A model generated the notes under the pieces. That model saw only the letters and a program-made list of their open reading frames with translations, was not told where the DNA came from and did no database searches. The position numbers and the translations under genes are program-made. This document shows positions 52,934 to 64,000 of a stretch of 64,000 bases of DNA, piece after piece. The stretch's first letter is position 1. Each line of letters starts with the position of its first letter. Where the stretch lies: assembly GCF_964355755.1 (NCBI RefSeq), contig NC_092670.1, forward strand, positions 38,800,388 to 38,864,387, in the 5' to 3' direction. This DNA is from Antedon mediterranea (lineage: Eukaryota > Animalia > Echinodermata).

Positions 52934-54901
52934 TATAAATTCTTTAAATGCGATGATTTCAAATATAGGTAATCAAAATAATGGTTTCAGCTTGTAGCAC
53001 ATCAAAATTGACTTAAAAAACACTTTTTATGATGAAAAACTTTATCCTCTCCAGGCCCTAGTTAGGGCTATCTATCATACATATCCTAGGCCTATCTATG
53101 CATAAAAACAACCACAAACATGACCATGTACGTATGTATGTATACAGCAGCAGTAAATAAACAATGATGTTGACCTTAAAAAGTCTGTTGTCAGAAAGTA
53201 GCAATTCAGTGTTTGGTTTATAAATAAGTCTTGAATAGCATTCTCCTACTACAACTCAATTAGAATATAGGCCTAGGCCTAGTATCGTAAGCCTGGATAG
53301 TATACTCGATAAGCACAGCAGGCGGCGAGAGTTGGGCCTACCTATAGCCTAGGCCCTCCTCGACCTCGTCGTGTTCGAAAAAGTGACAAGCATGTTTACG
53401 CTATAAAATACAGTTAGAAGACTTGTCAGCCAAGTTTAAAGACATGGTTGTCTACAATGAAATATATTATAACTGTCACTTAACTTCAAATACAAGAACA
53501 GGCTTTTTGCAAAGTTAAATGAGCAAACATTACTAGGCTAGGCCTAGGCAGGTTGATTTGTGTATTATCTCTGTCTATCCACATTTGAAATGATGCACGT
53601 TTTCGTTTTTTTCGGAGTCGCGGGGGCGATGGATATCCAACAACAATGGCTCAATATTGAGGGCGTGATTTACATTTTGCTGCTTTCAGGTATTAGTGGA
53701 TATTATAACGTACTAAACTGTAGGCCTAAACATTGGAAATGCACAAAATAAGGCAAGTAAAATCATTCTCATGATTAAGACGATGAATATACATTTATTT
53801 TTCATTAAAAATCTCTATATCGTGTCATAATGCTCTTTAATTGCAACAAACTGGTACGCAGACCTAATAGGCCTAATCATTTAAAAACACGCGGCATTAT
53901 TATTTAAGTTCGTTAGTTATGTATTAGTAATGTATGAATCGTTAAAAACGTCACTCATAATAATATGTGCCATCGCGTTTTGAATGAATTGCTTCATTCG
54001 ATTGTTTTTCAGACAGCACTGAATTACAGGGCCATTCAAATAACGATTGATAATTAAATTTGAAGTCCTGTTACTGTTACCAGCAGACCGAAAGTACTTA
54101 CGATGGCACAAATGCTTGACGGCTCAACACGGCCACATCACACACGGTAAAATAAATATATCCAGAGATATAATGTGAATTGGTACAAAGAGTATTTTTT
54201 CTTTTCTCTTTTGTGGCGTAAAGACCACTTTTATTCACATTCATATTATTTTGTGTAATTATGTATATGTGGGTTTTAAATGTTATGTTATATTGTATTT
54301 TTATTGATATTTGTAAACAGAGATAATAATACTTCAGTAATGTGACGTAGGCCTACGTGGACGATGAACTGATGACTGAAAAAATCTACGCTTCTCCTAG
54401 TTCCGTCCCTCTGGTATATGGTGCATTTCACTATACATGAATTATCTTTATGTTCAAGGGCTTACATACAAAAACGTATCAAAACATATGTTCGTATATT
54501 TAGGCCTATCCATGGTTTATGAGCGCGTGCCACCGATGTATGTCATTTTCAGGCGGCAAGATGGCATAGATGATCACATGATGTCATTCCACATGTCTGG
54601 AACCATGTTTGTTCACACCATTCTTTTCTATATTTTTAGCACGCATGTTTGATGACTGTACAGTGATTGTTGTTCAATGGAAAGACCCGGATCAATATTA
54701 ATGTTGATATTGATTGTGAAACATCTCGGTCATGTTACAGCATTGGTATAAAAGTACTTTGATGTACAATGACGTCATTACCACATCACTGTTGTGAACA
54801 ACCATCAGTTCTGTCATAGATTGTTCGTTCATGGTTGACTAAAATATATGTATGGTGGTTCTGTACACAAGCAACTCACCACTGCTGACATAAGCCTTTG
54901 G

Positions 54902-55300
54902 TCATACTGACGTGTCTTCGTAGCAGTGTTTAATATTTAAAAACTGTTTTTGATTTGTATCATCATTGTCATGATCATGATGAGCATCATCAAGATGTTG
55001 CTTTTCATCTGGTGGTACTTCAGTGTAAGAACCTCGTTTTTTTCGTCTTTTTTTCTTTTGTCGTTTTATGATCACTCTAATTATTAGGCCTATGCCTAAT
55101 ACAAGAAATACAGATAATAATGGCACTAAAATCCATGCAACTGTATTGCTGTCGTTGGTGGAGGTTTCTGGGGGAACAGGCGACGGCATGTACCACTCTG
55201 GTAAAATGACATTATATACCGGCGGCGGTGAAGTACATCGACATACCTTTCGTTCATACAATCCATAACCTGTATCAAAGCATGTTTTCAGCTTGGACAT
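54902..55300 (-). CDS. Uncharacterised single-pass membrane protein, 132 aa, probable paralogue of 52310-52933
   Basis: First ATG at 55300 (MSKLKTCFDTG); TM VAWILVPLLSVFLVLGIGLIIRVII followed by KRQKKKRRKKR; shares the N-terminal Cys motif with its neighbour. Confidence 0.75.
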   Translation of the reverse strand: MSKLKTCFDTGYGLYERKVCRCTSPPPVYNVILPEWYMPSPVPPETSTNDSNTVAWILVPLLSVFLVLGIGLIIRVIIKRQKKKRRKKRGSYTEVPPDEKQHLDDAHHDHDNDDTNQKQFLNIKHCYEDTSV

Positions 55301-56028
55301 GACTAACAAACGCCGCCGCGATGATTAAAGTCCACACCATCAGCACCAGTACTCCATGATCAGAACCAATAATATTGTCCTTCAACTATACAATGAGTCC
55401 TACATGATTTTCACCGAAGCCTTCTTTCTCGAAATGACAAAAAGCCATTCTAATTCTAAATAACGTTGTTCATGTACAAACGTTTCACACATGAAATACG
55501 TAATATAATAGATATCGTGTAGGCCTAGTACGTATTCTTATTAATACTGTTCACACAACAAATGTATTGATTTAAAAAATACGCATGCGCAATTAGCTGA
55601 TTAGCTGGTATACCAGTTGTTAACAATAGACTAACATGTTACGTGTGACAGCCTATTTTTGATAATGTTTTCTTTACATACATTGGTTTTAAAAATGATT
55701 TAAACAAATTATTAACCCCAGCAGCAGGATTTTAACAATGTAAAGCTAATACCTAAAGCTAAAAAAAGTATCTTTCAACATGCTCCGAGTCCGTGGATAT
55801 ATTTTGCCAAGTACTTCACTCAGTTTCTGATTGCTTTCATTATAAGATTGGCGCGTGTTATCAATGCGATTCAAAGCTCTGTCATGATAATGTCACTACC
55901 ATATTTGAGCATATCGCTACATATTTGGGCACATTTTTGTCAAACTGGTTTTATAGTGTGGACAGAGCTTTACGTCATTAACAAGGAACATTCAAATAAC
56001 ATTCAAATATTTAATAAAGTAAATACAG

Positions 56029-56202
56029 TGGCCGTATTCACCTTTACTTAGACTAAGAAACACTTAATTAGAAAAATTAATATATCCTATTCTATATGAA
56101 TACAATTTAAGTGAATTACAGTACTTAAATATTATTAAGTTAAGTGAAATCCTAATATCTAAGGGAAATACCTCACTTAAGTGTGATTGGTGAATACGGC
56201 CA
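56029..56202. mobile_element. MITE with GGCCGTATTCACC TIR
   Basis: Perfect inverted ends TGGCCGTATTCACC ... GGTGAATACGGCCA. Confidence 0.55.
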
Positions 56203-56321
56203 ATTTTTGCGCTCGGTGAGAACCTTTACGGTGGGTTTAGGCTGATATGAGCTACGGTCATATTAGAATAAAAAGTGCAGTTAGATGATTCTTTTAAAGA
56301 TATGAATGTTGCTTTTAACTT

Positions 56322-56572
56322 AAGCCTGGTTTCCATAAAATCGCTACACGACAGAGCGTAGCGATTCTATGGAAACGCTAGAGTTTTATCGGGGATCTAG
56401 TACGCGTATACGATTCATCGCCGACAAAATCGGCAAAGTTGAACATGGTTGAACTTTGCCGATTTGACTGCGATGAATCGGGGAGCCTTCCCGATCGATT
56501 GCGTCGGCGACATCTGCGCGTGTAGCGATTTTAATGGAAACGCTGTAGCGATTTTAATGGAAACCAGGCTTT
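56322..56572. mobile_element. Harbinger-like hairpin MITE (AGCCTGGTTTCCAT TIR)
   Basis: TTA-AGCCTGGTTTCCATAAAATCGCTACA ... TGTAGCGATTTTAATGGAAACCAGGCT-TTA. Confidence 0.75.
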
Positions 56573-59500
56573 ATGGAAAGTATGGCCTATGTTTATGTTT
56601 CAATAGATTAGATACATTTTATAAATAAATTATGGTCCCACACCTCTTGGCACCCAATCATTAATTGTCACATTGTTAAACAATGATATTTTCCCTCGTT
56701 TGTTTCACGGCAAAATGTTCCTGTGACTGTGGCAAGGGAAGGGGGTGCCTACTATAGTTCTCGTGAGTTATCACTCAGTTAAAATTCTTAATACGATTTT
56801 TCACGCTGCTGCTCTAGCCCGCTACGTCCCATTAGGACTACTCAATCAGAAGCTAAAGCAAGCAGCAGTTATAGTTCTAAGGACAGACAGTTTTGTGAAA
56901 ATGGAAACTCCACTATGATTTATTGATTCCAGCTGCTACAGTAGACCCAAAAAACGTCTGGAAAAGAGTCTATTAGGACATGTCATGCTAAAATTACAAA
57001 TCCCTAAGCATTTCTGGTATATTCACTGTCAGATATTCATTGAATTATTATCGAAACAGTCCATTAAAGTTTGTGTTTGTAATAGGATACTTCACAATTG
57101 AAATATCTAAGGTGATGAAGTGACCCCCAGATTTGACCTTAGCAATAAAATTAACTAAAGTGACAGAAATTGAGTATTCACTTCTGTAACAAAAAAATAA
57201 TATTTATTCACATATAAAAAAAGAAAAGAAACCCCAAAACCATTGTCTGACAGACAATTTAAGTATTTGTTGCTTTAAATTACATTTTTTTCAGGTAAAA
57301 TAACTATTACAGTATGTGACAATAAAATGACACATTCAAAAACATTTGAAATAAAAAATATTTTTCAATAAGCGAGCAGCGTTTTTTGTAAGAAATATTT
57401 CTTGTTTTAATCACATAACACGATTTAGTGATCGGGCGCCCTCTATAGGTGAAATTTCTTGCTAACTTCAATCATTGCTGCCGTATATTATTGGGACTAA
57501 TAACAGTTAAACCCGATTTTTATTTATAAAGTTCCTACCTGTTGTACCTATACAATAAAATATTTTTCTTTTGTTTAATTTGAAAATGAAAAGTACTCTT
57601 GTTAAATAGTTTGAATAGGAAGAAAACATATGTAACCGTAACTTAAATTCTTTTTAAACCCCTCATCTGACGCTGCAGCCGCTAGTTTTCTTTTTGTCTG
57701 GAGAACTATTTTAAAATAAAGCATACCTTACCTAAATTGCATTCTTCTGCCCTTCACCGTGGCTTTTCACCTCATATGTTTGTTTTGTTTTGGCATAATT
57801 TAACTAAATTGATTAAAAAGATCTGTCCACCAAAATATGAACAATAATAATGAATTAAATCGTAGGTAATTTTGTAGTTGTAATAAAATTAATTTTCGCC
57901 AATAAAAACAAAACAAAAACATTGATTTTGCTTATAAAAAGACAAAAATGATTACGTATAGTAACCAGAAACATGCGTCTTCCAGCAGAATGGGCTTAAT
58001 TCTTGTTCAGGCAATAATAAAATCATATGAATTTATTTTTCGATTTCATTTTTCGTCAAATTGAAAATAAAACCTTTAGGCTCTCCTACATTAAAATGAC
58101 ATGAATATATTCAAATAGAAATTGCTTGCTTTTTGTCTTTGGAAATCTTTTGAAAAAAAAAAAGAAATTACTTAAAAATTATTTTTTCAGAAAATATCTT
58201 TAAACAAAATTAATTATATAATTCTAAAATATTACAGAAGACAATATTTAATATCTTTGAAATAAATCGAAAGCCTACAACTTCAACTAAATCATTGTTC
58301 ATTCATCATACCGTAATCTCTACAGGATACTGTATCAAATCAACTAAAATAACATCTCAAATCAAATCGTTAATAAAATATTAGAGCCAGGTGTTTTTCT
58401 ATTGTGAAAAATTGATAAAAAGGCACGCGAATGACGTGATATGAACACGAACAACATTGCGTTTACTACGTTAAATATCTAACCCGGTGTGCAGGGTGGC
58501 CTCACCCCATTTGGAGAGGAAGAATAGTCCTCCCAGTTGGATTGATTGAGGGCCAGGCGTAACCTTCTCGGAGACTGTCTTTAAAACACGTAGCTAGCCA
58601 CCGTTGGCCGATCTATATCTATCTATCCATCTGAATATTATTTGAAATAAAATATCATTGTCTTCGGTTTATTGATTATCTGTTTATTTTTATATAATCT
58701 GGCTCTAAAATTAGGGAAGACAGCATGGTGCTAAAGCCAGGCCTGCCTGAAATAGAGACCGCCTGTAAATCATAAAATATAAATTCTTCGGGGCTGTAGA
58801 TGATTTTTAGCCTGGACGACCCGACCCATATGTAAAACAACCGGGCATGCAATCCAGATGGAGACAACGACATTAAAATGTTGTAAAAAATGTGTCGCTC
58901 TTTACTAAACCACATTTTTAAAGAACGTCCTATTTAAGAACGATGATGTGTCACAAAAGCACAGAGTGTTATATAATAAACGAAAGCATAATAAAAGTTA
59001 TCATGTTAATAAAACCACCCCGCCCACAACCACCACCACGAAACACAATTACCAGGCTCGATAATAAAAATGATATTTAACGGAGGGGGTGGAGGGAGAG
59101 GGGGGGGGGGGGGGTGGCGAATGGTTGAGAGCTTGCTTATATGCGCTATATAAGGAAGAATGAACTATTATCAAAGTCAGCATTTGATATTGTCATTAGG
59201 AGGCCTAATTTTCATATTATTCTTAAAAGTGTGAATAGGCCTATATTATATTTTTTTTAAATCCTACAATAAAATTGTAAATTGAATTGGTAATAGGCCT
59301 ATGTACGTAAAATAGAAAACACAGAAGCGTAATAGTATAACGTTCAGAGTAGAGATTCATGTTCGTCGATTCACAAGAGCAACGTGTTAATAAAAAGTTC
59401 TATAAATTTGAATGTGAATAGAAAAGAAGTAGTAAAGCATGCTCGTTTCTTTGTCTCGCCATTTTGACATAAACATTGAATGATTGCGAAGTAATGATTT

Positions 59501-59762
59501 ATAAGTCATTGAATTAAACTCAGCTTTTGTTTATATTATCCGTGTTTCCTAGTATCTACCAAATAGCTGTAAAACAAAGGCTAATTAAAACTACAGCAAT
59601 GTGCGCGTGCGTATCTAAATCAATGACGTCACTATGCTAAATTCGGTAGCAGACTATCTTTTTTTAGTACGAACTTTGATTATGGCAAAGATGAGGAAAC
59701 ATAGAGATACAAAGTTGCTGTGATGTTTTTACTGTTTTGTTGTGGTTTTATGTGTCGTAATA

Positions 59763-59868
59763 ATGCCAAGATCTTTCATGATAAAACAGCTCAAGCCAGG
59801 GCTGGAAACAGAAGAAGCCGACCTTGAAGAAAAGATTTTATCTGGGCTAGAAACAACAACTGAAACAG
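59763..59868 (+). CDS. First coding exon of a SNAG-domain protein (Snail/Scratch/Gfi-type transcription factor), MPRSFMIKQLKPG...
   Basis: N-terminal MPRSFMIK matches the SNAG consensus MPRSFLVK; 106-nt exon with a phase-1 donor CAG/GTAGG. No downstream exon was identified in the window. Confidence 0.75.
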
Positions 59869-62329
59869 GTAGGGTAGCGTAGTGATGGGGAACTGTAGAG
59901 AAAGTCATGCTTCGCGTATAATATCTGCTGCCCGCGTGTTGGCCGCCTGTGAGAGGGTCACCACACGGATGGAATCGCTGGTAACTTTGTATCGAGTTGT
60001 TTTTATAATTTGTCGGTTCAAAGTCTGAAATAATTAGAAATATGACATGTTTGGTTATTGATAATATTGTGGTTAGATCATGGAGGTATAATACCTCAAT
60101 GGTTAGATAGATCTAATTTGTGTGTCTTTAATTTTTTTTAAATAAAATGTGACTAGTAATAAGTAATACTAATGCATATCACAACAACTGCTTTCCATTC
60201 AGTGTTTATAATATTAAATCCATTCATTTTTTTTTCATCTTTTTCATTGCTCTTTTATCTTCATTGCCTATAAATAATTAAATTCTTTCCAATATTCATT
60301 TCATTCAGGTAATTGCCTCTGTGTACACTACAAAACTTTATTTGACAAATGATGTGCCCATATATGGACATGATGATGTCATATCACTACCATTTTTTAT
60401 CACATCACACTTTTTTGTCAAACTAGTTTGATAGTGTAGACAGAGCTTTATATTTGCCGACCTTGTACAAATTTATTTACCAAAATCTTGTGAATATATA
60501 TTTAACATTATATTATCTTACTATTGAGTCATTCAATATTAATGTTTAAAATATAAATGTTATTATGTGACACATTTTTTGTGGAGGAGGAAGGTGCATC
60601 CAACTTTAACTACTACAGTGGTATCACAACATGTATATACAGTGTTATCTATTCACCATAAATAAAAATGTATCCATAAAGATTAGTAAATTTGTTACAA
60701 CCTTTTGTCAGTAGTACAAACCATCCCCCTCTACATTCTCAAGATTTGTTGCTCTTCAATACTGTTTTAATTTCAAACAAATTATATTTTGCATCTGCAG
60801 ATTCTAATCAATAGTTGGTTCCTTTTCAATAGTGTTTTAATATAAAAACAATTGTAATATTATTTACTTGTAAACAGATAGTATATTTTACATAGTAGAT
60901 TTTTGCAGCCAATGAATAAAACGACAGATACAAATTGAGCAACCGGAGTTAACACTGAGCACTGCGTACTTCTAATCAATTACTAATGGTCGTTTGAAAT
61001 GCATTTGCTCGAAAAAAATCCCATACAAAAATTTAGGTCATAGATAATCTTTCCCATGTGACTCATTTTAACTGCAATTTTGAAAATTTTAATTTTCAAC
61101 TAAAACTTGCTGATTTTGTTAAGTAAAACTGGTGATTTAAACAGAAAAAAAATAAATGTGAACTTGAACAGAAAAAAAAACCATTACTAATTGCAGAGTC
61201 TGTTTTTGTATTTGAAGAGATTTTTTTAAGAGATATATTATTATGATATTTTCACAAAGGACAAATAATGATTAATTAATTATTAACAGTACCCTATTAT
61301 GGTATGTTTACATTGCTGTTAATATTTTACTTGTAGGTGTATGATTAGTAAATGTGTAAAATCAATTTTACCGTGTATATTTTTAATGTTAATTTTTTTT
61401 TTCATAACTACTTTTAATTTAAAAGGCCTTTCTATACTACATTTTGATGAATTTCCATAAGAAACTGTCAGTCAAATCTGAATCTATATCTACAGTAGTT
61501 TCCTTATTAAAATTATTTTTGAGTGGAGTGAAGAAAAAACTGTAAATGTTAAATGTAAACAGTAAAAATCTTGATATTCTGAGTTGTTTTTTTAAATTTT
61601 AAGGCTTTTAGACACATTTCCAAGGATTACCAATAGTAAACCAATCAATGTCCTATCAGATAGTTGGTAATCCCCTGATATGGGGCTTTTTTTGTGAACC
61701 AGTTCACTGAGAGGTAATCCCCTACTTGTCTTGAATGATGGACTGGGTTCATGTACACTGCCAGACCTCTAGTTTATAGTTGTTATCCAAGAAGACTTGT
61801 TCCACCACCAGAACTTGGGGCAAGTCTTGCCGATACTGTTGGCTCTTTAATTAACCTTGTCTAATGTTAAATTATGAAACATATCAGTAGTGAAATCATC
61901 CTTTATTTCAAATAAAAAACATAAGAATGTAAAAAACATCCCAAGGTCACTGTTTGGAGACAAATGCCAAATACAAATACAAAACACTAATAATATATCA
62001 AGTCAAGTCAAGTATCATTTATTATCATTTGTTTTAGGAAAAACATAGAAATTCTGTTTGCTCTATATAAGATTAAAGTAATATCAAATGTACCTCTGAA
62101 ACGTATCAGAGTGTTATCAAGGTACATCCACATGGAGTGGAGTTGTGGCTTGGTGGTTATAATGCTTGGCTACCACTACAAGGGTCCTGGGTTAAAATCC
62201 CGTCACATGTCAGGATTTTTTCTAAGGACCAAATTACTCCACTCCCAAAGACTTGTAATAAGACTTTGTTTATGTAGAGCATCTTGTGTATGTTTGTCTT
62301 GTGAACCTCTGAGGGTCCCTCAGCTGGAT

Positions 62330-62745
62330 GGATCACCCTCATTTTCTCCTATTTTATATAACCTCCATTGGCTACCTATTGACTCACGTATAAAATATAA
62401 GATCCTTTTACTAATATTTAAAGCGCTACTTCTTAAACAACCTACTTATCTCCTTGATGTTCTTCCCTCCTACTGGACTGCTACACCCCTCTTGCTTGTC
62501 TTTGTTCGGCTGATCAAAACCTACTACTTGTTCCTAGAATTAACACCAAATCTTATGGACAAGATGTTCTCTGCTGCTTCTCTTTGGAATTCTCTCCCTC
62601 GTCATTTTAGTAAATCAAATTGCTATTTTTAAAAAAGAACTTAAAACGCATCTTTTTAACATCCAATATAAGCGCCTTTGATTTTTACTTCGGTTTAGTT
62701 GATTCTGGCGCTATACAAATACCTAAATTATTATTATTATTAAAT
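62330..62745 (+). mobile_element. L2-clade LINE 3' fragment
   Basis: SPILYNLHWLPIDSRIKYKILLLIFKAL and LWNSLP motifs with a (TTA)n tail; near-identical inverted 3' end at about 35808-36040. Confidence 0.8.
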
Positions 62746-64000
62746 ATGGTTAAAAAAAAAATAAAAAAATCAGGATCACTGTATACCGGAGTTAACAAAG
62801 AATATAAGAATTAAACACTGAAGTCAGTTAACCATACAGAATATATCTATGTTGTAACTTAAGTTCAGATCAGCTTCGTTTATGCACGCTTAACTTGTGA
62901 TTGGTAAAAAAAAATAGGAATAAGTAGTGCTTGTTGAAATTTAAATTGAATGAAAAAAGGGCTTGATTGCCTAAAGCAAGTTTTGTGATCTGACAATCGT
63001 TTATTGGTTGCAATTACTAGTACTTTGCAGGTTCCTGTCCAAATAGTAAAAACCATGTCAAATATATTTTACTGATTTCTACACTAAACATTATTGTTCT
63101 TAGGAAATAATGCTCCTACCCTGAATATGTACTATAGAGTTTAGTTTATGATTATATTTTGGTTCTGTACAGTAGGCCAGATTTTAGTTGTTGTTCAACT
63201 CTATGATACAAGTAATATGTAAAGGATTATATGAAATTTAAAAGGATTATACTAATAATACTAAAGTATAAAAGTAAAAATGCATTAAAAACCATGTGGT
63301 AGGCTGCTACAAGACTATATTTACGCTACACATATGTTTGCTAGGATTGCTAAACAAAAATAATTGAATCATTATTCTGAAGAAATTTCTGAAGACCACA
63401 TTTAACAATAATTAAAACTGTTACGTCAACAAGTCAAGCAGTGTTTTTTGTAAGAAATATTTCTTGTTTTATATGGTAACTTCACTATCTTCATAGTTTG
63501 CTGCATTACCTTGTATATAGTATATAGTCCTTCAGATGGGACATAAAGCTGTAGTATTAAAACAATTATCTATTAAAATATATTATCCAAATTCCTTCAC
63601 TTGCACTGATGAAGGGCTAGTGTTGCCCGAAAGCTCTGCTAACTTTTCTGGCTGTTTTACTTCTCGTTTTGATTTAGCTTTTTGCTTTTATTTTGTTTCT
63701 CAATTGAGATCCAGCCACTGATACCCACAGCATTGTCATTTTTTTCAGTAATTTGCCTTTGGATTTATATTATATATATATTTTTTTTGTTACATCTATT
63801 TATTGAATATTGTTATTTGTTATGATATGGACATTGTTCTGAAATAAAAGTGAATTGTGAAAATAGCTGTTAAAATACTATCAACCAGCTATCACAGCAG
63901 TACACAGTAGAGTTGATTCACTAGATTTACATAGCTGCTACTGTGTAATAAGCAATCTGATAATACAGTGCTCTATCAGAGCTTAACCCTTGGACCCAGT

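Noticed and set aside
62111-62814. 173-aa ORF as a host gene or as exon 2 of the SNAG gene
   Set aside because: Composed of SINE-like and frameshifted L2 sequence, with no zinc fingers.

Overview
AT-rich, intron-containing animal genomic DNA. An invertebrate deuterostome such as an echinoderm is my inference from the SINE types and composition; it is not proven. Genes reconstructed by hand from GT-AG splice sites and reading-frame phase: (1) an OXR1/NCOA7-family LysM-GRAM-TLDc gene on the minus strand, with 12 coding exons (21777 to 187) running off the left edge; (2) MEA1 on the plus strand, head-to-head with it; (3) peflin PEF1 on the minus strand, 5 exons; (4) two tandem, intronless, unrecognised single-pass membrane protein genes sharing an N-terminal C-[WF]-D-[VT]-G-x(5-8)-C-x-C-[ST]-x-PPP motif; (5) the first exon of a SNAG-domain gene (MPRSFMIK), missed by the ORF track. 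The rest is dense in mobile DNA: about 30 copies of one Harbinger-type MITE with a variable 21-bp internal array, other MITE families, Deu-domain tRNA SINEs, a 5S-headed element, CR1/L2 and DIRS remnants, and a young Penelope insertion with a 13-bp TSD and a hammerhead-like motif. The most unusual signal is pervasive 5-bp insertions that turn TA into TACAGTA, TACTGTA or TACCGTA. Eight of these are demonstrable by comparing repeat copies within the window, and they look like large-scale Tc1/mariner excision scarring. TAGGCCTA-type palindromes pile up at promoters.
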